From a virus: 64,000 nt of DNA. Below the pieces are notes generated by a model that had not been told where the DNA came from, ran no database searches, and saw only the letters and a program-made list of their open reading frames with translations. Below, piece after piece: positions 54,461 to 63,734 of this stretch; positions within the stretch are counted from its first letter, which is position 1; every line of letters begins with the position of its first letter. The stretch covers positions 32,001 to 96,000 of the IMG/VR virus record IMGVR_UViG_3300033418_000001; one strand, written 5' to 3'. Position numbers and translations under genes: made by a program.

Positions 54461-55249
54461 CTACATGTGCTTCCCGGCCTCCGCATCCGCCGCTTCCGCG
54501 TCGGGTGCCGACTCGCTGCCGATGGGCTTGCCGCTACCGAAGCCCTTCGCGCGCAGTTCCTTGCCCGAGAGGAACACGATTTCCTTCTCGTAGTCGGCGG
54601 GGACGAAGACCGTGGTGGTCTTGCCGTCCTTGCCCTTGCGCGTGTACTGCTTTTGCAGCGCCGTGATGTTGCCCTTCTCTTCGAAGTCGAAGCTGCCCCC
54701 GACGTTGGGATCGCTGTCGTTGAGCCGCGAGATTTCGAAGGTGGCCCCGGCGAGGCCATCGCGCTTGGTCGCCATCTGTTGCAGCAGCTTGATGGTGTTC
54801 TTCTTCGCCACGTAGAGCTTCGGGGTGTCCTTGTAGACGCCCTTCTTCCCCTTGTAGGTGCGGTGGTCGATGATGGTCAGCACGCCGACGAGCGACGGGA
54901 AGTCACCACCTTCGCACAGCGGGCAGGGTTCCGACTCGGCGATGCAGACGAACTGCTCCCAGTCCCCGTTGACCTGCACGGAGTGTTCGCGGAACGTCAG
55001 GATGTCGAGCGTGCCATCGGGGAGCAGGTTGCCGTCCACGAAGGTCACACGGGCGGACTCGCCCTTGGGAATCCAGAACCGCCACATCCGGTTCTTCTCG
55101 GCGAAGTGCTTGTCGGCGTCCTTCTCGTACTGCTCCATCGCCGCCGTCGCTGCCTTGCCGCGCTTCGCCCAACTCGGGGTCTTGCTGCCGGTCGGGGACT
55201 TCTCTTGGGCCGCAGGCCCGGTCTTCTTTACGATTGCCATGATAGGCAT
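54461..55249 (-). CDS. Single-stranded DNA-binding protein
   Basis: RFWIPKGE..RVTFVD, EH...FVC...CPLC, acidic C-terminus; between primase and helicase. Confidence 0.7.
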   Translation of the reverse strand: MPIMAIVKKTGPAAQEKSPTGSKTPSWAKRGKAATAAMEQYEKDADKHFAEKNRMWRFWIPKGESARVTFVDGNLLPDGTLDILTFREHSVQVNGDWEQFVCIAESEPCPLCEGGDFPSLVGVLTIIDHRTYKGKKGVYKDTPKLYVAKKNTIKLLQQMATKRDGLAGATFEISRLNDSDPNVGGSFDFEEKGNITALQKQYTRKGKDGKTTTVFVPADYEKEIVFLSGKELRAKGFGSGKPIGSESAPDAEAADAEAGKHM

Positions 55250-55288
55250 CTCCTTCAGGTTTCAAAGTCGCCACGTAGGGCGCACGTC

Positions 55289-55317
55289 AATGTACAACGA
55301 TCAAACCACAGGGTCAA
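55289..55317 (-). promoter_or_regulatory. sigma70-type promoter
   Basis: TTGACC-N17-TACATT. Confidence 0.5.
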
Positions 55318-56257
55318 GCTTCACGAAAGGGTCCAATGCTTCTCGGATGCTCTCGGATGACATGTCGCCCGGGTCTTTGCTCCCCTCGGGCAACTGCACG
55401 CGCTGCGTGTCGGGCAGCATGTCGCGCAGGTGCCAGAAGACTTGCTCTCCCGCGAGGTCGCTGTCGGTCATCGCCAACACACCTGCGGCAAGCGAGATGG
55501 TCGCCATCTTGCGCTTGTTGATGGACGCCATGAAGATGGCGCACACGTTCTTGTAGTGCGGGTAGACCGCCGCCAGATCGAACGGGCCTTCCACCACGAC
55601 GAGAGGCTTCAGTGGGTTGATCCATGACTCGCCGTAGAGGACCACCGACGTGTTGTTGTTCCCGTTCCACACGAAGTCGTGGTACCGCTTGGCCGTCACG
55701 GAGCGCCCACGGAAGCCTGCCAGTTGCCCGCCGCGATGGCGGATCGGGAAGCAGACCATGCCACGCTTCTGGTCCCACCGCAGATCGAGCGCCCTGCACG
55801 TGGCCTCGGTGATGCGGCGCGTGATCAGGTAGGCCCGCGCCGGGGCCACGCTCCATGCGGGGGTGTAGTCGTCAAGGAACCACTCCGGCCATGGTTCGAA
55901 CACCTTGGTGTCACTGGTGTCCTTCCACTCATGGGGCATGTACCCAATCTCGTCTTCCTGCGCGACGATCTGCCGTGCCTTGGCGAAGTCGATGTCGGTC
56001 TTATCCCACCGCTTGGCATCGTGGTGCAACTCGATCAGAAGCTCGCTCAGGTCGCGCCCCTTGAGGCCGCAGGCGAAGCAGTTGTACCCGCTCTTGCCGT
56101 CCTCCACCACGTTGATGCCGAAGGACGGGTTGCTGTCGTGGCCGTGGGCATGGCGGGAGAAGGCGCCGGGGCAGCTTGCCTGCACCCACTCGCCTTCGTC
56201 CTTGGCGCCCTGTGACCCGAGCGCCGCCAGAAGCTCTACGATGCCCTGCCGATTCAC
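55301..56257 (-). CDS. DNA primase (Zn finger + TOPRIM)
   Basis: CP...H.DSNPSF...YNCFACG; VVEGPFD; DSDLAG; KDPGD; GTG start. Confidence 0.9.
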   Translation of the reverse strand: MNRQGIVELLAALGSQGAKDEGEWVQASCPGAFSRHAHGHDSNPSFGINVVEDGKSGYNCFACGLKGRDLSELLIELHHDAKRWDKTDIDFAKARQIVAQEDEIGYMPHEWKDTSDTKVFEPWPEWFLDDYTPAWSVAPARAYLITRRITEATCRALDLRWDQKRGMVCFPIRHRGGQLAGFRGRSVTAKRYHDFVWNGNNNTSVVLYGESWINPLKPLVVVEGPFDLAAVYPHYKNVCAIFMASINKRKMATISLAAGVLAMTDSDLAGEQVFWHLRDMLPDTQRVQLPEGSKDPGDMSSESIREALDPFVKLDPVV

Positions 56258-56646
56258 TGCTCGTCTTTTGCAGATGTCTGCACGGACCCGCCGATGGTCT
56301 TCACCGCGTCCAACTCGGTCTTGACGGGCGGGAACTCCACCTTCTCCACCCACAGCCACAACAGGTAGGCGCACGTCGCCGTCTTGTCCTCATGGCGAGG
56401 CTCCCACGACCGCAGGATCGACGCCACGTGCTTGTACGCCGCCTCGGCGCTGACGCCCTCCTTGGTGTAGAACAGCGTGCCCTGCGGCAGTCCTTCGAAG
56501 AACCACCGGTCCACGACCTTGCACCATGGGTCGGTGCCGTCGCAGAACCTTTCGGGGATGTCATCCGGCGGCAGCAGGGACCGCAACTCTTCCCCGTAGG
56601 CACCGAAGGCGCGAACCGCATCGGTGGTGACTCTTGGCATGAACAT
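56254..56646 (-). CDS. Hypothetical phage protein
   Basis: WFFEGL...SWEPRHEDK..TCAYL; CAAAGGAGTG RBS. Confidence 0.65.
   Translation of the reverse strand: MFMPRVTTDAVRAFGAYGEELRSLLPPDDIPERFCDGTDPWCKVVDRWFFEGLPQGTLFYTKEGVSAEAAYKHVASILRSWEPRHEDKTATCAYLLWLWVEKVEFPPVKTELDAVKTIGGSVQTSAKDEQ
56268..56283. repeat. 16-bp palindrome copy 17 (coding C-terminal tail, VQTSA)
   Basis: TTGCAGATGTCTGCAC. Confidence 0.95.
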
Positions 56647-56734
56647 CAGGCACTCCTTTGCTGACGATGGGATTGCCCCTTACGGGGGCAAGTCGCTTCT
56701 CCATGGCCACTTCACTGAAGACTCACTCTCCGAA

Positions 56735-57231
56735 GAGGGCTTGGTGGTATGCAGCGGTGGGGGAATCAGCAGTCCCGCATCCTCGGGTAGGCGGGGCATC
56801 AGCCCCTAACCACACTTCTAACCCTAAGACTCACCCTGTCTCGCGCTACCGGCATCCTTGTGGGACTCGATGTACCCACTAAGGAGGGCGTCTAGCTGCA
56901 CACTACCAAACCCACTTCGGAGAGCGGGGGGAGGCATCGTAGCTGATAGCCACCCCCACTCCGGTTTCCCCACGATCACTGAGCCTGAGACGAGAACGAT
57001 ATAAGACCGGTGTCCTGAGCCACTAGACGACCCCCCTGTGGTACGCGCTACGCCGCGCAGTGGCAGGAGGGGCGGGATTTGAACCCGCGTTTCCGATCAA
57101 GTTGTGGGCGAACTTGATCCTCAAAATCAGTGCCCACGTCCCAGTGTTCGTGCCTTACGATACCGATGTCTTGGCAATACGACAGTCAGTGACGACTACG
57201 CCAACGACAACGATAACGCTGCCAAGCCCTC
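56735..57231 (-). ncRNA. Putative ~500-nt structured RNA with circularly permuted tRNA-like domain (YrlA-like topology)
   Basis: Only long non-coding gap in the window; ends pair (GAGGGCTTGG/CCAAGCCCTC); internal T-arm+acceptor-CCA precedes acceptor 5' strand+D-arm. Confidence 0.7.
57005..57098 (-). ncRNA. Permuted tRNA-like module
   Basis: GATCGG-AAAC-GCGGG TTCAAAT CCCGC-CCCTCCT-G-CCA, 23-nt linker, AGGGGGG-TC-GTCTAGTGGCTCAGGAC-A-CCGGTC. Confidence 0.8.
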
Positions 57232-58002
57232 CTATGCCTTGAGCGGCGCGAGCAGGATCGCAACCACCTTGTCCGCGATCTTCTCGGTCACCGCTTCCGT
57301 TTCGTTCGCGCGCATCCGCGCCTGCTTGACCTCCACCATCAGGTCATCGACCACCTTGATGGCTTCGGCCTTTTGCAGCGCCGTGCACGCACCGCTTCGC
57401 TTGGTGATGGAGTTCTTCCCCACCACGATGTCCTTGTTCACCGCCGCCACCTGCGCCGGGTGCTTGTCCGTCGCCGGGGACATCTGCACCGGCACCGTGA
57501 CCTTCTCGGTCTTGGTGGTCTCGTCGGGGAACTTGGTCTCCCAGATGCCGACACCCAGATCGCCCGCCTTGACCCAGTGCTTGGTGGCATCGAGCGTCGG
57601 CATCTCGGCATACAGCGCCCGCAGACGCATCAGCCGCGCTTCCAGACCGAGCAGTTCATCCACCGGCAGGCCGGGGAGCAGCACGGTGCCGCGCCACATC
57701 ACGTCGCCCGTCGCCTTGCGATTGGTCGCGTTCTTCTGGTACTGAAGGTCTTCCGCCTTGGCGAAGATGTCGAGCGCGTAGGTGAGCGTGTCGAGGACCG
57801 TGGTGGTCACCGGCTTCTCTTCCCGCGCCGCCGCCTCGATGGCCGCGTTCTCGGGCGTGCCCTCGATCATGGTGAGGGACTTGCTGTGGCCTTCGAAGAA
57901 GTGACCGACGTTCTTGAACTTCTTCAGCGTGTCCTCGTACAGAGCATTCCACGCCCCGGTGGGCGTCTTCTCTGCGGCGAGCAGTTCGTGCAGCTTTGCC
58001 AT
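57232..58002 (-). CDS. Conserved coiled-coil protein adjacent to the ncRNA
   Basis: MAKLHELLAAEK...LPVDELLGLE...PTLD...ATDKHPAQV...QARMRAN; own promoter and RBS. Confidence 0.75.
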   Translation of the reverse strand: MAKLHELLAAEKTPTGAWNALYEDTLKKFKNVGHFFEGHSKSLTMIEGTPENAAIEAAAREEKPVTTTVLDTLTYALDIFAKAEDLQYQKNATNRKATGDVMWRGTVLLPGLPVDELLGLEARLMRLRALYAEMPTLDATKHWVKAGDLGVGIWETKFPDETTKTEKVTVPVQMSPATDKHPAQVAAVNKDIVVGKNSITKRSGACTALQKAEAIKVVDDLMVEVKQARMRANETEAVTEKIADKVVAILLAPLKA

Positions 58003-58042
58003 GGTTCTCACTCCTTTGGTTGGATGACGACAACGAGATGTG

Positions 58043-58070
58043 ATTCTACTACGTGTTTCCGAAGTGTCAA
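58043..58070 (-). promoter_or_regulatory. sigma70-type promoter of coiled-coil/ncRNA unit
   Basis: TTGACA-N16-TAGAAT. Confidence 0.75.
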
Positions 58071-58757
58071 CTACTCCTTCGGGGCAGGCAACTCGATGGG
58101 GGGCTTCTCCCCCTTCAGCACAGCAAGCCCAGTGCGAGACACGATGCTGCTGACGTAAGCCTCCACCTCGGTCTTGGCGTCCTCGGTGACCTTCTCCATG
58201 TGTTCTCCGAACTGCTCCGCGACGAACTTGACGGAGGAGGTTACACCATAGCCCGCCACCTCCAAGGCCATGAGGATTTCCTTCTTCGCCTTGGCCGACA
58301 GGCTAGTGCCCTCGATCATGGTCCGCACCTTGTCCAACCCCGCGTTGGTCTTGAGCAACGTCTTCTTCATCTCCACAGCGAACTGATCCTGCCGCCTCTC
58401 CGGTGGGGGCAAGCCCGGGATGTTGTAGTTGCCCTTCACGGCCAACAGAGTGCAGGGGGTGCCGCTGCCGACGTTGAGCGTGGAGATGAACGTGGCCCAC
58501 TGCGCCTCCGACATCTCCACCTCGGTGATGAGGCCGCGAGCGAAGTGCCAGTCCCGCGACAAGCTGCGATGCAACTCGCTGTGCTTGATTTCGATGCGGA
58601 TGGTGTTGTGGTGGGTGAAGTCGGAAGCGTACAACTGCGTTTGGCCACTCACCCGATGCGCGACGATCTGCGCGAAGGCCGGGTGCGTGGTCACCGTCTC
58701 CGACACCACGGAGGTGCCCTTCTCTGTGACGGGCTTCTCGATGGGCCGCATCGTCAC
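58071..58757 (-). CDS. Hypothetical phage protein
   Basis: HPAFAQI..HRVSG...LYASDF.H...EVEMSEAQWATFISTLNVGSGTPCTL. Confidence 0.7.
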   Translation of the reverse strand: MTMRPIEKPVTEKGTSVVSETVTTHPAFAQIVAHRVSGQTQLYASDFTHHNTIRIEIKHSELHRSLSRDWHFARGLITEVEMSEAQWATFISTLNVGSGTPCTLLAVKGNYNIPGLPPPERRQDQFAVEMKKTLLKTNAGLDKVRTMIEGTSLSAKAKKEILMALEVAGYGVTSSVKFVAEQFGEHMEKVTEDAKTEVEAYVSSIVSRTGLAVLKGEKPPIELPAPKE

Positions 58758-58947
58758 ACCACCCCTTCGTCAACCCACATCACGGTCTCCTCGGTCACCC
58801 GCTTGACGACGCGGACCTTCTTGAAGCCCTCCCGCACCTTCTTCTCCTTCGCGTAGCTGAGAGAGTCATCGAAGGTGGGGTACCACGGGCCGAGGTCGAA
58901 CCACACCCCGCTGCCGTTGGCTTGCGATTGGTACTTCGTCATCGTGG

Positions 58948-59262
58948 TCACAGCCGCATCTCCTTGAACACCAGAGTCCGCATGTCTTCCAAGTGGGCCT
59001 TGGTTGCCGCCAACTCGCCGCTGCTGCCGACACCAGAAGGCCGCACCCCCGAGTTCCACAACTCGGTGATCAGGGCTTCGGCCTCTTCGAAGGTCAGCGA
59101 CATCGAGGGGCGTGCGATGGTCTCGTTGGGTTCGATGGTTTCGAACACCAAGGTCTTGGCCACCGCCACCGTATCGGGGGAGGCGTGCGAGAACACCGTC
59201 AGTTCGAACGCCCGTCGCCGGATGTCCTTGTTGACCCAGAACTCCAAGCCTTGCCTGATCAT
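58948..59262 (-). CDS. Hypothetical protein
   Basis: LWNSGVRP...ATKAHLEDMRTLVF. Confidence 0.6.
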   Translation of the reverse strand: MIRQGLEFWVNKDIRRRAFELTVFSHASPDTVAVAKTLVFETIEPNETIARPSMSLTFEEAEALITELWNSGVRPSGVGSSGELAATKAHLEDMRTLVFKEMRL

Positions 59263-59444
59263 GTCTTCCTCTCACAGCGCCCCGCGAGGGGGCGCCACAG
59301 GTACCCAGTGACCCGCATCCATGCGGTCTGCGTCTCGCGGTGCTGCACCTTGCCGCAGTTCGCACAGCGCCGAACCGGCTCGCTCATGAACAACTGAGCG
59401 TTCGACCATCCCGGCGGGTGATACGGCTCCCACTTGTGCGCCAT

Positions 59445-59849
59445 CTACTTCTCGATGATGTCGATCTTGCGGGCGCCGTTCTCGATGGTGATGAACTCGG
59501 CGCTCTCGTTGGGGGTGAGGTACTTGTCCACGTCCGTGAGCGTGATCTTGGCCACCTCCCAGAAGACCTCGTTGCCGAGAGCCTTCTTCAGACCCATCAT
59601 GTTGTCGATCTTGCGGACCTTGGTGGCCTCGCTGAAGACCACGCTGTAGTCGGTGCCTTCGAACACGACCGGCTGCGACGGGTCTTGCTCCATGGCCTGC
59701 TCGCGCAGACCCTTGGTGAGCTTGTCGTACTCCTTGGTGATCGGCGCGAGCGCGTCGATCTGCTTCTTCAGTTCGATGATCCGGTCCACCGTCATCGCCG
59801 TGGCGGACTTGGGGGCGGCTTTGGTCTTGACCTTCAGGGAGACTGCCAT
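59445..59849 (-). CDS. Hypothetical coiled-coil protein
   Basis: CAAAGGAGTG RBS and promoter. Confidence 0.65.
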   Translation of the reverse strand: MAVSLKVKTKAAPKSATAMTVDRIIELKKQIDALAPITKEYDKLTKGLREQAMEQDPSQPVVFEGTDYSVVFSEATKVRKIDNMMGLKKALGNEVFWEVAKITLTDVDKYLTPNESAEFITIENGARKIDIIEK

Positions 59850-59886
59850 GGTTCACACTCCTTTGTCGTTGGGGTCCAACAGTTGC

Positions 59887-59914
59887 AATGTACCACGTTG
59901 TTTGGAAGTGTCAA
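59887..59914 (-). promoter_or_regulatory. sigma70-type promoter
   Basis: TTGACA-N16-TACATT. Confidence 0.65.
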
Positions 59915-60258
59915 GGGGCGTGAAGCCCTTGCACGTGGTGTTGCGGAACGGGAAGGACTTCAGGTTGGCCATGCCCTCCTTGTACGCGCACTCCCACCAC
60001 CAGATGTGGGGCATCTCCCATGACTCTTCTTCCCGGCGAAGATTGGCGCAGCGATGGCAAGCGTTCACTTGGCCTCCTTCAGGTGGTGCTTCCGCAACAT
60101 CCTGCCATTGGGGCAGATGCAGAAGTTGATGCGACCGACATGCCACCCGGCAGGCGACACTGCCCGCCCCGTAGTGTCGATCTTGCCCGTGTTGCCGCAC
60201 AAGGTACAGAGGCCCGTGCGCTCATCCGTGAACTCCTCTGCCCATTCCTTGGATGTGA

Positions 60259-60477
60259 TCATTTGGTCACCTCCGCTTCGATGCACTCGTCCGTGTCATC
60301 GAACGTCACGGTGTTGGGGTCGAAGCCCAGTTCCCGGCCCAGAACGTCCCACGCCTCCGACAATGGGTTGGGGTGGGGCACACTGCCATCACGCAGGTTG
60401 GTCATGGCCAAGGTGCGTTCCGCCGCCACATCAAGCTCCTTCTCTTGCTTCTCCGTCAGGTAGAACGTGCGCCTCAT
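60259..60477 (-). CDS. Hypothetical protein
   Basis: Coupled ORF; AWDVLGRELGFDP. Confidence 0.5.
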   Translation of the reverse strand: MRRTFYLTEKQEKELDVAAERTLAMTNLRDGSVPHPNPLSEAWDVLGRELGFDPNTVTFDDTDECIEAEVTK

Positions 60478-61529
60478 CGCGTCACCTCGTAGGTTGTCAC
60501 CACAACGCCCTTCTCACGGTGGCCACGACGATGCGCCTTGCGCCACCACTTGAGTCCGCCGCAGGTCATGCAGCGCCACTGATTCACGTCGTACTCGCGC
60601 CAGTCATGTTCATGGTTGTGTTCGCGCGTGGTCTTGTCGTGGCAGAAGTGGCCACGGCAGTCATGCTCGCGGCGCCACACCCCACCATGGCCGTACAGCT
60701 TCTTGAAGAGGGGCTTGGGGTCGAGCTTCAGGCGCACCACGCTGTGCCGCGTCAGGAGCGCCGTCTTGGCATGGATGAAGCCCTGCGCGGGGCCGATCTG
60801 ATCATCGAAGCGCACCTCGTTGGTCCGGTTGAGGAACAGCGTGAGGGCGATGATGTTGCGGAGGTCACCCGCCGCACTGGTGAACATCGGCGTGATGAGG
60901 TCATCCACGTCCTTGGCATACCAGTGTTCGAAGCCATGGTTGGCACGCAGCGCCACGCGCTCCGACTGAGGGAGCTTGTTGTAGCTGCTGCCCCAGAACA
61001 GCACGTCGATGCCGAGGCGGCTGACGCGCGCACGGTTGCACACGTCCAACTCCTGCTCGATGGTCATCGGTTGGTTGAGCGTGTAGGCCAACGGCATCAT
61101 CATGGCCTGACAGCCGAGCTTCTTCCGCATCTCGGCGTTCTCGGGGCCGTTCCACACCCGCGACAGCACGTAGGCCCGGGGGCCGTCGATGAAGTAGCCC
61201 ACCTCGGTGTCGCCCATGATGGGGTCGTGGGGGTTGTTGCCGCCGAGGGTTTCGAAGAAGCCGGGGTACGGCAGTTCGATGTACATCCTCGGGAAGCAGG
61301 GGATGGCGAACTCCTGATCGTGCGCGACGGCGATGGGATGGTCGCGGATCATCTCTGCCGCGTAGATCGCCGCCTTCTCATCGAGGACGAACTTCTTCGC
61401 CTCCCGCAGGTTGTTGCGGACGGCGAGGATCAGACGCTCCTCCTGCTTGTCGGGCCATGGGACCATCTTGGTCGCAAGGAACTCGTCAACGAGCAGGGGG
61501 CGGCGCTTGGGCTTCAGTCGGGTCTTCAT
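60474..61529 (-). CDS. Hypothetical protein with HxxRGH / WxxxHxRG motifs
   Basis: RREHDCRGHF...WWRKAHRRG C-terminal motif common in phage early proteins. Confidence 0.65.
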   Translation of the reverse strand: MKTRLKPKRRPLLVDEFLATKMVPWPDKQEERLILAVRNNLREAKKFVLDEKAAIYAAEMIRDHPIAVAHDQEFAIPCFPRMYIELPYPGFFETLGGNNPHDPIMGDTEVGYFIDGPRAYVLSRVWNGPENAEMRKKLGCQAMMMPLAYTLNQPMTIEQELDVCNRARVSRLGIDVLFWGSSYNKLPQSERVALRANHGFEHWYAKDVDDLITPMFTSAAGDLRNIIALTLFLNRTNEVRFDDQIGPAQGFIHAKTALLTRHSVVRLKLDPKPLFKKLYGHGGVWRREHDCRGHFCHDKTTREHNHEHDWREYDVNQWRCMTCGGLKWWRKAHRRGHREKGVVVTTYEVTR

Positions 61530-61532
61530 GCT

Positions 61533-61548
61533 TTGCAGATGTCTGCAC
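61533..61548. repeat. 16-bp palindrome copy 18 (coding C-terminus, ADICK)
   Basis: TTGCAGATGTCTGCAC. Confidence 0.95.
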
Positions 61549-61934
61549 GACGCCCCGCCAACGGGCGCTCAAGCACCACGATGAGCGGGTGGAAGCTGTC
61601 GTGATTGATCAGGCTGCGCCGCACCTCAGCGGCGTTCTTGTACCCGGTGTAGAACACCGTGTCGATCTTCTTGCCCCGCAGGTACACGTCGTAGGCTTTC
61701 ATCACTTCACCTCGCACACGTCGCCGAGCCTCACCATCTTCCACGGCGTCGGCTTGGCGTAGCCCTCGGGCAACGGCTCCAAGCATTCGTGGACCATGCC
61801 CATCATCATCGGGTTCTTCCACCCGCAGGCCGTGCACCGGGGGTAGCACTCGCCCCAGTGGTTCGTCCCGATCAGCGATTCGTGGCCGCACGTCGTGCAG
61901 CGGTATCGCTTCATGCTGTACTTGCCGGTGGTCT

Positions 61935-62132
61935 TCATGCTGCCTCCGTGCAGATGCCGTTGGCGATCAGGTCGCGGGCCGTGCGCCCGAACCACCCTTG
62001 GAGCCGCCAACACAGGCCGGTGTCGATCAGGTGTTGCCACGCTTCGATGACCTGCTCTTGGCTCTCGGCTTCGATGAAGCCCTCGGCAAGGCCGGTGGCA
62101 GTGAAGTCGTCCATCCGCGTCTTCGTCGTCAT
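61935..62132 (-). CDS. Small conserved phage protein
   Basis: AWQHLIDTGLCWRLQGWFGRTARDLI. Confidence 0.65.
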   Translation of the reverse strand: MTTKTRMDDFTATGLAEGFIEAESQEQVIEAWQHLIDTGLCWRLQGWFGRTARDLIANGICTEAA

Positions 62133-62374
62133 GTCAGTCTTCCTCCATGAACTCGGGGCTGCACTCGGGGGCCGGATTGAACGGGCCGATCAGTTCGCAC
62201 CCGCTCAGGTAGGGCCAGTCCTTGGCCATGGCATCGACCTCGGCCTTGCTGAAGAGCTTGCCGCACCGCGCGAAGGGCGACCACAGCGCGGGGTAGTCTG
62301 GGTTGACCAAGTATTGGTTGAACATGCCGCCGAGGCGGGGGTCTTTGATCAGGAACTTTTCCATGGTGCCCTCC

Positions 62375-62770
62375 TCAGTCCATCCGCGACATCGAGTAGG
62401 CGCGGAGGCCCGCGTCGCTCAGGACATCCGCGAACGCCGCTGCGTACTTCTCCTTGCGCTCCAAGGACTGATTGAAGTCCATCACCGAGATGATGTAGCC
62501 GCCCTCGTAGCTGTCGGCGCGACCGATCTTGTTGGCCTTGCACCAGTTCACGAAGTCGCCGCGAGCGGGGCGAATCTTGATCCACGCGAACCCGCACACC
62601 CCGTCCATGACCGGGGCGTACCGCTTGACCACCGGGGACGAGTCATTGAGGGGGTCGGCGTGCTGACAGACAACCATCGGGACCGGCTTCGCCGCACTGC
62701 CCGCCGCGAGACCGGCGTCACGCGCCTTGCGGTAGAGGTCGGCCATCGCTGCGTAGTTGGGTTTTCCCAT
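62375..62770 (-). CDS. Hypothetical phage protein
   Basis: GVCGFAWI...QSLERKEKYA.AFA.VL...SRMD. Confidence 0.65.
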   Translation of the reverse strand: MGKPNYAAMADLYRKARDAGLAAGSAAKPVPMVVCQHADPLNDSSPVVKRYAPVMDGVCGFAWIKIRPARGDFVNWCKANKIGRADSYEGGYIISVMDFNQSLERKEKYAAAFADVLSDAGLRAYSMSRMD

Positions 62771-62807
62771 GGTGCACTCCTTTGCGCGGGGGGAAGGGGA
62801 CAACCTC

Positions 62808-62835
62808 ATAGTACCACAGTGGGGGAGAATGTCAA
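62808..62835 (-). promoter_or_regulatory. sigma70-type promoter
   Basis: TTGACA-N16-TACTAT; near-duplicate of 63735..63762. Confidence 0.75.
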
Positions 62836-63212
62836 CTCTTTTTCTTGGGGCAGGCGCCGTCACTGAAGCGGTGGTCCTTCCAGTACGCCCCGCAGACGCA
62901 CTTCACCATGCTCTGCAACTTGGGGCCATCGGGCTTGTCGTCCCACTGGGGGAACCACACCCCGTCGAACTTGCTGCCCTCGATGAAGCGGTCAGCAGGG
63001 TCCATCAGTAGACCCCCTCGGCGTTGGAACCGTCCTCGTTGAGGCAGCGGACGATGGCCGCGTCGTTGAACCGGCGGCAGACGATGTAGAGCGCCGCCTT
63101 GTACTCGGCCCGCGCTTCCCTCACCCCGTAGCACTTCCGCTCCTTCTTGGAGCCATCGGGGAACTCCACCACGACGTTGAAGACCTTCAGCTTGCTCGCC
63201 ATGTCACCCTCC

Positions 63213-63698
63213 TCAGTCGCACATCCCGTAACCGTCGAGCCACGACACCATGCCGTCGCCGACTGCGATGTTGCTCGCGCCACGCGGCCAACGCAGGGCG
63301 CCGTAGGAAGAGCCGCCCGGGTACTTCGCGCGCACCGCCTTCTTGATCATGTCCGCGTCCCAGTCCGCCGGGAAGGCCGACAGGGGAGCGATGCAGTCCC
63401 AGTGCCCGCCGTAGGCTTCCATCACCTCGGGGCCGTTCCCAACGAGGGACCAGTCCACCAGATCGAGGGCGGGCTTGGCCGCAGGGGCGGGGGAGGGGGC
63501 GGGGTCGTCCATCACGGCCACGTTCCTGCCGTAGGCCCAGACCACGTTGCCCGCGTCGTCCTTGATGCCCACGCGGAGGTAGGACTTCTTGCCGTACCCG
63601 TCCGCCTTGGGGTAGTACCACTTCTCCCAGAAGCAGAGGCCGGAGAAGCCCACGTCGGACTTCCCGCGAACCACGGCGACCTTCGATCCCTTCAGCAT
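63213..63698 (-). CDS. Hypothetical protein
   Basis: Start MLKGSK after CAAAGGAGTG. Confidence 0.6.
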   Translation of the reverse strand: MLKGSKVAVVRGKSDVGFSGLCFWEKWYYPKADGYGKKSYLRVGIKDDAGNVVWAYGRNVAVMDDPAPSPAPAAKPALDLVDWSLVGNGPEVMEAYGGHWDCIAPLSAFPADWDADMIKKAVRAKYPGGSSYGALRWPRGASNIAVGDGMVSWLDGYGMCD

Positions 63699-63734
63699 TT
63701 CGCACTCCTTTGCGGTGGTGGGGGGGACAACCCC

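Noticed and set aside
57005-57098. Conventional tRNA gene or attP fragment
   Set aside because: Halves are in reversed order with no anticodon loop; no integrase in the window
57190-57250. Plus-strand peptide ...YANDNDNAAKPSYAL... resembling a tmRNA tag
   Set aside because: Opposite strand to the tRNA-like module, no stop after it, and explained by the antisense of the hexamer repeats; the acceptor stem lacks alanine identity
15638-57490. Partial palindrome matches (GACATCTGCAC at ~15640 and ~57479)
   Set aside because: Only one arm present; not counted among the 19 copies
901-61604. Long plus-strand ORFs (e.g. 901..2433, 5520..7211, 6967..8739, 28148..30262, 60054..61604)
   Set aside because: Antisense shadows of minus-strand genes in high-GC DNA; Arg/Gly/His-rich, no RBS or motifs
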